Shown here piece by piece: positions 1 to 8,045 of a stretch of DNA of 21,579 nt (the stretch's first letter is position 1; each line of letters opens with the position of its first letter). The stretch is taken from NCBI GenBank assembly GCA_036444275.1, contig JAZGAD010000037.1:1-21579 (forward strand), in the 5' to 3' direction. Origin of the DNA: Candidatus Hydrothermarchaeales archaeon. GTDB taxonomy: Archaea; Hydrothermarchaeota; Hydrothermarchaeia; Hydrothermarchaeales; JAZGAD01. The translations under genes and the position numbers were made by a program. Under the pieces are notes generated by a model. The model worked only from the letters and a program-made list of their open reading frames with translations. It did not search any database and was not told the DNA's origin.

Positions 1-154
1 TGAGGGTCATCTGAGACATTGGGCAGGTACCGCAGGCACCGGTGAGCTTTACCTTGACCACACCATCAGTTACATCCACAAGCTGGATGTCTCCTCCATC
101 AGCCTGGAGGGAGGGTCTTATCTTTGCCAGTACCTCTTCAACTCTATCTTTCAT
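1..154 (-). CDS. NifU C-terminal/NfuA-type Fe-S cluster carrier protein (3' end runs off the window)
   Basis: Not in the ORF track. Manual translation from ATG at 154: [51 protein letters not shown], with the IRP.L..DGGD and GACxxCP motifs. AGGAGG SD at 161-166. Confidence 0.93.
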   Translation of the reverse strand, partial: MKDRVEEVLAKIRPSLQADGGDIQLVDVTDGVVKVKLTGACGTCPMSQMTL

Positions 155-420
155 AATTTTCCTCCTTTAATAGAACATTACACTATTCTTGATACCATAA
201 TGCTTAGGCACAGCGTACAACGTTACCTTTTAAAAAATTATATATTTTTGTGCATGGTTCGATTTCATTATCCTTATTGGATTGGGGTTGTGGGCATTAA
301 AAATTCTCATAAAGTCTAATGAAGCCTGGTATCTCCTAATCTTCTGAGCTGTTCCCTTATCTACGTTGCACGTAATATTTGTTTACCAGAGTTTTAGTTT
401 TCCCAAGTCCTACTTACTTA

Positions 421-852
421 CTAGGGTTTTTTTAGAACTTGGTTTATTATATCAGTGTATGAGATTACTCCAATCAGCGTGTCTTCTTTGAGCACTGGTA
501 AGAGCCTGAAACCCTGTCTTATCATGGTGTCAACTGCATCTATTATGTGGGATTTAGGGCCTATAGAAGTTGGATGAGTACGCATGATGTCTTTCACGTG
601 GCTCACAAGGGTGTCTCTGAACCCCGTTCTCTGGAAGATCTTTAAGAGGTCTATTTTGGTCACCATTCCAACCAGTTTCCCTTCATAGAGCACTGGAAAA
701 CCATGAACGCTGTGCGCTCTGAACATAGCGATCAAGTCATCTAGGGTATCTTCTCTGTCGACGTTTAAGACATCCTTCGTCATTATCTCTTCTACCAATA
801 CATCTGGCAGCGTATATGTCTCATATGTCTCTTTCTTATCCATCTCAACCAT
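421..852 (-). CDS. Tandem CBS-domain protein
   Basis: Two CBS repeats (VEEIMTKDV...FPVLYEGKLVGMVTKIDLL; VKDIMRT...LLPVLKEDTLIGVISYTDII). GGAGG upstream. Confidence 0.9.
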   Translation of the reverse strand: MVEMDKKETYETYTLPDVLVEEIMTKDVLNVDREDTLDDLIAMFRAHSVHGFPVLYEGKLVGMVTKIDLLKIFQRTGFRDTLVSHVKDIMRTHPTSIGPKSHIIDAVDTMIRQGFRLLPVLKEDTLIGVISYTDIINQVLKKP

Positions 853-1071
853 CTTTTTTACTCCTCCGTCTCACTTCTCCTTGATCTCTCTCCATAAGTT
901 TTGACCTCTCATCTATTTCAAGCTTTCCTATCCATTCTCTTCTGGAATCAAGGTTTCATAGGTACTGTTTTCAATTCAAATCTAATACGACATTTGAAAT
1001 AGGAACTCAAGTCATATTACTCATAAAAATAGAAGATAAGCCTAACTTTTTAATGCTGTTAATGATAGTCT

Positions 1072-2304
1072 CTAACTCTCTTTACTGAGTACTTTCCCAG
1101 CTTCACCAGCTTTAAAGATAGCTAGCTTCACAAATGGTGGTCCAACGACTTCAAAGAAAAGAGAAGTTCCAGCAATGATGGTGATTAGCATGGCACCGAA
1201 TTGCTCCCCGGCCGGTCCGTATCCTGCAAAGATGCGCATGGCTTCGATGGACAAACCGATCGCTACACCCGCTTGAGTAAGCATACAGAGCCAAAAGTAT
1301 TTTTCAACTTTCATTCTACTCTCGTTCCGAACGAAGCCTGAAGCACCAGAGATATGGCTGGCTGTCCAGGGCCCCACTGTTTTACCTATACTCCTGAATA
1401 GGATGTAGAGAAACCCTATCATCCCTATTTTTGCCAGTAAATTGATCTGGACTCTAGCTCCTGCAAAGAGGAAGAATAATATGTATAGTGGTGGTTTAGC
1501 TTTGTCCAGCACATCGAAGCATCGCTTATCGCCAAAAGGGAGATTAATCACGGTCATACCTAAAACCATACTAACAAGGATATAGGATAAGCCGAAGTAC
1601 TCAGCAAGCCCACAAGAAAACAAAATAGTGCCAAAAGACAATAGAAGTAATTCTCGCATATCATGGACGAATTCTGTGGCACGGGCAAAAACTACACCCA
1701 AAACAACCCCAAGAACAAGAGCCCCAAATATCTCTCTCATTGGTCCTATCAATATTTCGATTAAGGAAAGGGTTCCACCAACAAACAGTATCTTTGCATA
1801 ACTAATAGCAATGGCAAAATATATGACCCCTATCGCATCATCGATAGCCACCACAGCGAATATTGTTGAAGTTAAGGGTCCAGAAGCGTTATATTCCCGT
1901 AAAACCTCTACTACAGTTGCAGGGGCAGTTGCAACAGACAATGCTCCAAAAATCAGTCCTATCCATAGTTTTCCAGTGAAAAATGTGATCCCCAGAGTAA
2001 CAATTATAAAACAAATGAGGGTTGCGAAAAAAGCTATTGTAAGGACAGATTTACCCAATCTACTCAACATTTCGTAGGAAAGCTCTCTGCCAATATCAAA
2101 ACCAATTAGCGTCAGAACCAGGAAGTTAATGGGATCCAGCAGGTCTAACAATTCTAAATCAAAAAGTCTAAAGCCAGACATCCCGAGAACAACACCACCC
2201 AGAATCCAACCCACAACCTTAGGCTGATTAATCTTCTCACAGATTTCACCCGCTAAGTAGCCGGTTAGAATCGCAATACCAAGGAGGAGTATTATGTCTG
2301 GCAT
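1072..2304 (-). CDS. Cation:proton antiporter (Na+/H+ exchanger family, CPA2/KefB-like)
   Basis: Many hydrophobic TM segments; P.VVGWILGGVVLG, ATAPA and AIDDA motifs; QAGVAIGL near the C-terminus. Confidence 0.9.
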   Translation of the reverse strand: MPDIILLLGIAILTGYLAGEICEKINQPKVVGWILGGVVLGMSGFRLFDLELLDLLDPINFLVLTLIGFDIGRELSYEMLSRLGKSVLTIAFFATLICFIIVTLGITFFTGKLWIGLIFGALSVATAPATVVEVLREYNASGPLTSTIFAVVAIDDAIGVIYFAIAISYAKILFVGGTLSLIEILIGPMREIFGALVLGVVLGVVFARATEFVHDMRELLLLSFGTILFSCGLAEYFGLSYILVSMVLGMTVINLPFGDKRCFDVLDKAKPPLYILFFLFAGARVQINLLAKIGMIGFLYILFRSIGKTVGPWTASHISGASGFVRNESRMKVEKYFWLCMLTQAGVAIGLSIEAMRIFAGYGPAGEQFGAMLITIIAGTSLFFEVVGPPFVKLAIFKAGEAGKVLSKES

Positions 2305-2329
2305 TAAAAGACGGGTATCTCAAGCGCGA

Positions 2330-2345
2330 CTTATAAAATTTAGGA
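2330..2345 (-). promoter_or_regulatory. TATA box of the antiporter gene (probably leaderless mRNA)
   Basis: Minus strand reads AAATTTTATAAG about 27 nt upstream of the ATG at 2304; no SD visible. Confidence 0.5.
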
Positions 2346-2442
2346 GGCATTCCCCGCATATTGGAACTTTTCGGATAGTCATTTATTGAATTATAATATT
2401 CTCCCCTTCCCACAGTGATTAATAATCCCCTCCGGGACAGAA

Positions 2443-2658
2443 TTAGCACGAGCTATGTTCTATGGCTCCAGTTGGGCATACCTCAACGCATGAGCAACAC
2501 TCAGTGCACTCCACGACGTTTGGAGCAGTGGATTTGCCGTCTACTAATTCGTATACCTCAGCTGGGCACACGTCTATGCACTCGCCGTGTCCCTCACACT
2601 TGTTGTAATCGATCTTAATTACTATGTCATCGCTTTCATAGGTCTTTATGTCAGCCAT
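2443..2658 (-). CDS. Dicluster ferredoxin (CxxHxxCxxxCP + CxxCxxCxxxCP)
   Basis: CEGHGECIDVCP and CTECCSCVEVCP. AGGAGG SD 6 nt before the ATG at 2658 favours this start over TTG at 2664. Confidence 0.92.
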   Translation of the reverse strand: MADIKTYESDDIVIKIDYNKCEGHGECIDVCPAEVYELVDGKSTAPNVVECTECCSCVEVCPTGAIEHSSC

Positions 2659-2704
2659 ATACAACCTCCTTTATGCCTGTGAGGATGCCATATAGTTAGA
2701 GATT

Positions 2705-2722
2705 ATTTATAAAGTTTTCTCT
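2705..2722 (-). promoter_or_regulatory. BRE/TATA promoter of the ferredoxin gene
   Basis: Minus strand reads AGAGAAAACTTTATAAAT: purine-rich BRE followed by TTTATAAA. Confidence 0.6.
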
Positions 2723-2771
2723 GGCTCGGCTCTGTTTCTATCGTTGTGTATGAAAATTTGGAGCAATAGTG

Positions 2772-2779
2772 TTTATATG
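2772..2779 (+). promoter_or_regulatory. TATA box of the DUF362 gene (divergent from the ferredoxin)
   Basis: TTTATATG about 30 nt upstream of the ATG at 2809. Confidence 0.45.
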
Positions 2780-2808
2780 CGTGAACTCATCTCACTATAC
2801 TCGGAAGT

Positions 2809-3903
2809 ATGGACGTTTATTTTGCCAGTGCCAGGGTCAGAGAATTCAGGAAGTGGTGGCTGCCTGAGGAAAGTCTCGTCCAGAAAATGGAAAAGCTATT
2901 CTTCTCAGCCCGACTTAACAAATTAGTTAGCAAGGGCGATAACGTAGGACTCAAGTTGCACGTGGGGGAGCCAGGCAATGTCCACTACCTACGCCCCATA
3001 TATGCATCTAAGCTCGTGGATATCCTAAAGGAGCTCGGCGGACGCGTTAGCGTGATTGAAACCTCTGGCTTAGGCACAGTTCCGGGGAGGACGTCTGTAG
3101 CTAAGCATCTTGAAGCAGCAAGAAAAAACGGCTTCTGCGAAACTACGCTGGGAGCTCCCTTCGTGATGGTAGATGGCGAGGACGGTTTAGATAGCGTCGA
3201 CGTCAAGGGCATACCTGTCGCGAGGGGGATAGTGGAGTTGGACCTTCTTATCGTTCTCTCTCATGTAACTGGGCATATACAAGCAGGCTTCGGGGGAGCA
3301 TTGAAGAACCTGGGCGTCGGCTGTGTATCGAAGGCCGGAAAGTTCAGGGTGCACCACAAAGACAGGCCGAGAATCGACAAGAAATTATGCAACGTATGCA
3401 GAGAATGCATTTCTATCTGCCCCGCTGGAGCTATCTCTGAAGAGCTAGAGATAGGTGGTGCATGCGTCCTCTGCGGGTCCTGTGTAGATGTCTGTGAAAA
3501 GGAGGCTATTAAAACAGAGTTGAATCCCCGCAGGGAGCTGTCTAAAAGAATAGGTGAGAATGCAGCCGGTGTGGCAAGGGCTATTAGCAATAAGGCGGGC
3601 TATATCAATCTATTGATGGACGTCATTCCGCACTGCGATTGCCATCCGCACTCAGACATACCCATAGTGCCGGATATAGGCATACTTGTTTCCTCTGACC
3701 CAGTTGCTATAGACCAAGCGTCTATAGACCTAGTTAATTCGACTTTGGGCGTCGTGGGAAGTGAGGCTGAAGCAACTAACGCAATGGCAGCTGGTGCGGA
3801 CAAGTTCGAGCTTATAAACCCTGGTACAGATTGGCAGATGCAATTAAAGACAGCTGAAGAATTAGGCTTGGGGAGAAGGGAATACCGTCTCAAAGAGGAT
3901 TAG
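2809..3903 (+). CDS. DUF362/COG2768 Fe-S protein with an inserted 2[4Fe-4S] ferredoxin domain
   Basis: KLHVGEPGN...LRP, SHVTGH...GFGGALKNLGVGC, CNVCRECISICP, CVLCGSCVDVC and CDCHPHSDIPIVPDIG...DPVAIDQAS motifs. Confidence 0.88.
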   Translation: MDVYFASARVREFRKWWLPEESLVQKMEKLFFSARLNKLVSKGDNVGLKLHVGEPGNVHYLRPIYASKLVDILKELGGRVSVIETSGLGTVPGRTSVAKHLEAARKNGFCETTLGAPFVMVDGEDGLDSVDVKGIPVARGIVELDLLIVLSHVTGHIQAGFGGALKNLGVGCVSKAGKFRVHHKDRPRIDKKLCNVCRECISICPAGAISEELEIGGACVLCGSCVDVCEKEAIKTELNPRRELSKRIGENAAGVARAISNKAGYINLLMDVIPHCDCHPHSDIPIVPDIGILVSSDPVAIDQASIDLVNSTLGVVGSEAEATNAMAAGADKFELINPGTDWQMQLKTAEELGLGRREYRLKED

Positions 3904-4328
3904 ACTTGTTCAGTCTGTTTCTCGGATGCTTCACTGAGTTTCTGCTCGTATTTTGAAGGGCACTTGATGAGCATTTTGTTTGATACTACTGTATCCTCAG
4001 AGACAAGCTTTCCAAAGACAGTCACCTTTGCGTCTGGATTCAAGGTGCCTGGTACATCTCCATCGTATATCACGTTAAGCGTGCCATCTCCGTCAGTAAG
4101 CCTGAACTCGTAGGTGCCGGCTGTTTCGCTTACCTGCCAGCTTCCCACCTCGATTATACCCACTATACGCACGTTTTTATTCAGGTATTCTCCTGGATTG
4201 GCGGTGATCTCGCCCACCAACTTATAAGGCACGATAAAACTTTCCACCGCGCCGATGCCTATCCAGAGGGCTAATGTGATGAGCCCTATAGCCACGAGTA
4301 CTTTGAGCTTCTTATCTTTTCTAGCCAT
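3900..4328 (-). CDS. ccmE: Cytochrome c maturation heme chaperone CcmE (CxxxY variant)
   Basis: N-terminal TM anchor, OB-fold-like VRIVG...F.LTDG...V.Y.G..P, and KCPSKY at the heme site. Last gene of the ccm operon. Confidence 0.92.
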   Translation of the reverse strand: MARKDKKLKVLVAIGLITLALWIGIGAVESFIVPYKLVGEITANPGEYLNKNVRIVGIIEVGSWQVSETAGTYEFRLTDGDGTLNVIYDGDVPGTLNPDAKVTVFGKLVSEDTVVSNKMLIKCPSKYEQKLSEASEKQTEQV

Positions 4329-4351
4329 CCTTTTCTAGCCTTCCAGCCACC

Positions 4352-4465
4352 TTATTTTATCCTTTTTTCAAGTTTCCTGACCTTGGAGTCGAGGTATACC
4401 ACGTAGGCTATTAAGATACTCCAAAGTATAGCTGCAACCAACATTATTGTATCGAATTCTCCCAT
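4352..4465 (-). CDS. ccmD: CcmD-like small membrane protein (37 aa)
   Basis: Below the ORF-track cutoff. MGEFDTIMLVAAILWSILIAYVVYLDSKVRKLEKRIK: one TM helix plus a basic tail. Lies between ccmC and ccmE, with its ATG directly abutting the ccmC stop. Confidence 0.8.
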   Translation of the reverse strand: MGEFDTIMLVAAILWSILIAYVVYLDSKVRKLEKRIK

Positions 4466-5179
4466 TTAAGCCACCGCCTTTTCTAGATTCTCTATTTTCA
4501 CACTCAGCCACAGTAGAATGGCATACAATATTAGAGCTCCAAATATCATGATCCCGAATACTGTTCTACCCTGTGGGTCCAGTTGGAAAGCTTCCTGCCC
4601 AAATCCAGCGGGATGCATTGATTTCGCTCCATAGATAATAGTAGATAGCAGAGTTAGCGGGGCAGCCGAGAATCCAAAAATTCCTATAACGGCCGATAGC
4701 CTCGCCCTTGTGTCCTCGTCGTCTACTGTTGCCCGTAGAGCGAGATAGCTGACCAAGACGAACCAGAGGATAAGTGTTGTAGTCTGTTTGGGCTCCCATA
4801 TCCAGTAGGCACTAGATCCTGGAAGGCTCCAGGCTAAATTCGAGAATATGGCGCCGTTTATAAGCACTATCGAAGAGAACACCAGTGCGAGCTTCGCGGA
4901 ATTCGAGGCTATGGTGTCGAACTTCAAATCCCTATTTTTCAGGAAGAGCACGCTGCACACCAGAGTAACGAAGAATGCTATGTAGGTAAGCACGCCGAAC
5001 TGCATGGAGAAGAAGAATATCTTGTAGCCGTGCTCCATGGGATCGCCCTCGTACCTTGGAAAACCAGGCACCTTCGAGGGATCAAGCGGCCCTAAGGTGA
5101 GCGCCCGGTACATACCGAAGAGCATCAACACGTAGAGAAATGCAATCAAGGCGAGCATGTATTTCCTTTCGATCTTCAA
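4466..5179 (-). CDS. ccmC: Heme exporter / cytochrome c biogenesis protein CcmC (divergent)
   Basis: About six TM helices, WWD-like motif (AWSLPGSSAYWIWEPKQTT), YLALR...RARLSAV and SMHP. Positioned after ccmAB. TTG start. Confidence 0.88.
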   Translation of the reverse strand: MKIERKYMLALIAFLYVLMLFGMYRALTLGPLDPSKVPGFPRYEGDPMEHGYKIFFFSMQFGVLTYIAFFVTLVCSVLFLKNRDLKFDTIASNSAKLALVFSSIVLINGAIFSNLAWSLPGSSAYWIWEPKQTTTLILWFVLVSYLALRATVDDEDTRARLSAVIGIFGFSAAPLTLLSTIIYGAKSMHPAGFGQEAFQLDPQGRTVFGIMIFGALILYAILLWLSVKIENLEKAVA

Positions 5180-5182
5180 ATC

Positions 5183-5857
5183 CTATTCCTCCAGAACGTA
5201 ACTGAATAATAAGAAGGATAACGTACTCATAATTATTATATACGCCACGATAAGCCGTATCTCCAGAACCGTGGGTAAAGATTCTCCATAGATCATAATC
5301 TTCCTGAGGGCGAGAATCGTAGGCACAATAATTGGCACCAGAATTGGAAGCACGAGCAGCTGGAGTACCAGTTCCCTGCTCCTAGAGCTCAGGATGATCG
5401 CCGACATGAAGGAGCCGACGACCACGAAGCCAATGTTCCCCAGGGTCAACACGAAGATAGTGTCCAGCACGCTGCCGGCTATCTGATAGTTGAATATGCC
5501 TATGAAGAGAGGGAGGGCGATAATTTCTACTATTAAGATTAACACAAGGTTGTACAGCATCTTTCCAATTAGGATCTCATTCGCACCCAGAGGGGTAAGC
5601 CTCAGACCCTCTAGGGTACCTGCGTCTTTCTCTTTTATAAAGGCCCTTGAGAGCCCCAGCATCCCGGTGAATATGAAGACGAACCACAGAAGTCCAGGTG
5701 CAACGTCCATTAGGCTCTCAGAAAAGGGCTCTGCACTGAAGTTGAACATCACCAGGATAACGAAAGCGAAGACGAACATGAAGCTAAGGGTATCCCTACT
5801 CCTGGCTTCTATCTTCAGGTCCTTCTTTGCTACAAGAAGAACTCCTTTGAAATCCAT
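5183..5857 (-). CDS. ccmB: Heme exporter permease CcmB
   Basis: KKDLKIEARSR, PGLLW, F..EKDAGTLEGLRL.P and SRSRELVLQLLVLPILVP motifs. Confidence 0.93.
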   Translation of the reverse strand: MDFKGVLLVAKKDLKIEARSRDTLSFMFVFAFVILVMFNFSAEPFSESLMDVAPGLLWFVFIFTGMLGLSRAFIKEKDAGTLEGLRLTPLGANEILIGKMLYNLVLILIVEIIALPLFIGIFNYQIAGSVLDTIFVLTLGNIGFVVVGSFMSAIILSSRSRELVLQLLVLPILVPIIVPTILALRKIMIYGESLPTVLEIRLIVAYIIIMSTLSFLLFSYVLEE

Positions 5858-6576
5858 TATTCAACCTCTTCTGTGAGTTCAAGAAAAGCCTCTTCTAAGC
5901 TGGTTTTGCCTTTAAGAGCGCTGAGCTCGCCACTTGCCTTTATAGTGCCTTTGTGCATTATAGCTGCCTTCTTACAGAGCCTCTCAGCTTCCTCCATCTG
6001 ATGCGTAGTGAGTAGGAGGGTTCTCCCCTCTGAATGCAGTTCCTCTAATATCTCGTAGAAGATCCGCCTCCCCTTCAAATCCAGACCCGTGCTGGGTTCG
6101 TCCAAGATGAGCACCTTAGGCTCATGGAGGAGTACTCGGGCTATAGATAGGCGTTGTTTCATCCCTCTTGAAAAAGTCCCTACTAGGTCATCGGCTCTAA
6201 AAAGCAGGCCTACTCTCTCTAGGAGACTTTCTGTTTTCTCTTTTGGAACGCCGTATGCGCTAGCGAAAAAATCCAAGTTCTCTCTGGCGCTCAGCTCGTC
6301 GTAGAGGTAAGGGTTATGGGACACAACACCTATAACACGCTTCACCTCCTCCTGTTCCTCTGTTATATCATAGCCAGCGATTCTTACTGTACCTGAATTC
6401 GGCTTTATCAAGGTGCCCAGAATTCGTACAAGAGTAGTCTTGCCCGCGCCGTTGGGTCCGAGGAGGGCAAATGAGTCCCCTTCTTCCACTGCCATGGTAA
6501 CATTGTTAACTGCAGGGTAGTTCCCAAAGCGTTTGGTAAGGTTTTGGATATCGATTATAGTCAAAAATGCCACCAT
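5857..6576 (-). CDS. ccmA: Heme exporter ABC ATPase CcmA
   Basis: Walker A GPNGAGKT, signature FSRGMKQR, Walker B LILDEP, H-loop TTH. Stop overlaps the ccmB start. The true start may be TTG at 6564. Confidence 0.88.
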   Translation of the reverse strand: MVAFLTIIDIQNLTKRFGNYPAVNNVTMAVEEGDSFALLGPNGAGKTTLVRILGTLIKPNSGTVRIAGYDITEEQEEVKRVIGVVSHNPYLYDELSARENLDFFASAYGVPKEKTESLLERVGLLFRADDLVGTFSRGMKQRLSIARVLLHEPKVLILDEPSTGLDLKGRRIFYEILEELHSEGRTLLLTTHQMEEAERLCKKAAIMHKGTIKASGELSALKGKTSLEEAFLELTEEVE

Positions 6577-6595
6577 ACCAAGATGGAATTCGTAG

Positions 6596-6612
6596 AGTTA
6601 TAAGGATTTCTG
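6596..6612 (-). promoter_or_regulatory. BRE/TATA promoter of the ccm operon
   Basis: Minus strand reads CAGAAATCCTTATAACT just upstream of ccmA. Confidence 0.5.
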
Positions 6613-6687
6613 CTCAGTTACCTGATACGATACAAAAGAGAATGCATATCCCACGCCATTTGCATTCGAATACAACCTGAGATTATG

Positions 6688-6897
6688 CTAAATGAGGCCT
6701 CTCCGGTGTAGTATCTCTGCTTTCACCTTCCTCAGCCTCTCCTCCATCAGCCTAGCTTCCTCAAAGGATCGTGCCTCTGCATCTGTTACAGTACCATGCA
6801 TACTATGCAACCGCGTCGTCAGGAGGAAGTTGAAGGCCAGGCTTATTATGAGGAGTAAATAAACCCCTGAGAATGCCAAGCTGAGAATATCTTCCAT
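6688..6897 (-). CDS. Small single-TM protein with a coiled-coil-like tail, paralog 2 (69 aa)
   Basis: MEDILSLAFSGVYLLLIISLAFNFLLTTRL... The start at 6897 was chosen by alignment with the upstream paralog; GAGG lies upstream. Confidence 0.7.
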   Translation of the reverse strand: MEDILSLAFSGVYLLLIISLAFNFLLTTRLHSMHGTVTDAEARSFEEARLMEERLRKVKAEILHRRGLI

Positions 6898-6907
6898 CTT
6901 CAGCGCC

Positions 6908-7099
6908 TCACTTAAAGGAATCCTCCACATGCTTGATCTTGTCGTTCAGCTTGTTAATTCTGGAGTCCACCATCTCTTGGGCGGAGACGAATTTCTTGCT
7001 TACTTGGTTCAGCCGTATAGCCAGTAGGAAATTGAAGGTTAGGTTCAACAGCAACAGGGAATATATTCCGCTTATGGAAAAGCTGAGGATTTGTTCCAT
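6908..7099 (-). CDS. Small single-TM protein with a coiled-coil-like tail, paralog 1 (63 aa)
   Basis: MEQILSFSISGIYSLLLLNLTFNFLLAIRL... GGGGAG SD before the ATG at 7099 and a TTTTATAT box near 7138-7146. Confidence 0.7.
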   Translation of the reverse strand: MEQILSFSISGIYSLLLLNLTFNFLLAIRLNQVSKKFVSAQEMVDSRINKLNDKIKHVEDSFK

Positions 7100-7190
7100 G
7101 GCATCTCCCCTTGTTGAAATGGGATAGGTGTAGTGGCATATAAAATTATCCATAGGCATCGCGCCGCGTCCATGCTATCGGAACCTGATA

Positions 7191-8045
7191 TCATCTTTTT
7201 GTTGCATTCCAAACGATATCCGCCAGCTCAGCAAATTCCTCAGGCAGCAGCTGATAGACCCGCTTCTTCAACAACTCATCTGGGAAGAGCTCTCGAATCC
7301 TCCTACGCCTTTCTTCCTTTGAGACATCCCTTCCAAAGATGAACTGGTAGGAATGAAAGGCTGCATTAGCAACGCTCTTTCGGCGATGGGAGAAAAGGCC
7401 TTTTAACACCCTAGAGAAAACGCCTTCATTTACTTCTAGGATTTTCCGTCTAGGCACCAGTTCTACTATAGCTGAAGCTACCTTGGGCACAGGATAGAAG
7501 GCCTGTCTCGGAATGTACTCTAAGATCTCAGCACGAGCACGATAATAAGTAGCTACTGACAACCTTGAGTAGTTCTTCGTCCCGGGCTTGGCTATGAGCC
7601 TTTCCGCGAACTCCCTCTGATACGTCAAAACAGCCCTATCGAAGGTGTGCTCTAGGAGTTTAAAAGTAAGGGGCGAGGAGATGACGTAGGGAATGTTAGC
7701 TACAGCCTTATCAAACCTCGGGAAGTCAAGCTTCAAAGCATCTCCCTCTATAATCTCTAGATCTTCAGCATCTGAGAAGCGCTCTTTTAGTATGCGGATC
7801 ATTCCTGTGTCTTTTTCTATAACAAATACTCTTTTCGCATTCTTTACCAAGAACTCTGTTAGGTTTCCGGTCCCAGCACCAATCTCCAGCACGGCATCGT
7901 TAGAGCTGAGCCTGGCGTATTCCACCTGCCTCCGAAGGATATCCTCGTTCACTAAAAAATGCTGACCCAGCCTATGCCTGAGCTTAACATTATGCTTCCT
8001 TAAAAGATATTGAGTGTGCTTCAATAAACTCTGCTTCGACGTCAC
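7191..8045 (-). CDS. rsmA: 16S rRNA m6,2A dimethyltransferase RsmA/KsgA
   Basis: LGQHFL, LEIGAGTG, ANIPY, QREFAERL, YSRLSV and F.P.PKV.S motifs. Confidence 0.96.
   Translation of the reverse strand: MTSKQSLLKHTQYLLRKHNVKLRHRLGQHFLVNEDILRRQVEYARLSSNDAVLEIGAGTGNLTEFLVKNAKRVFVIEKDTGMIRILKERFSDAEDLEIIEGDALKLDFPRFDKAVANIPYVISSPLTFKLLEHTFDRAVLTYQREFAERLIAKPGTKNYSRLSVATYYRARAEILEYIPRQAFYPVPKVASAIVELVPRRKILEVNEGVFSRVLKGLFSHRRKSVANAAFHSYQFIFGRDVSKEERRRRIRELFPDELLKKRVYQLLPEEFAELADIVWNATKR

Noticed and set aside
853-1071. Short minus-strand frames between the antiporter and CBS genes
   Set aside because: Only very short ORFs without a convincing start, SD or motif.
2246-2449. 67-aa minus-strand ORF bridging the ferredoxin and antiporter genes
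   Set aside because: It overlaps both genes and the antiporter TATA box and has no recognisable features.
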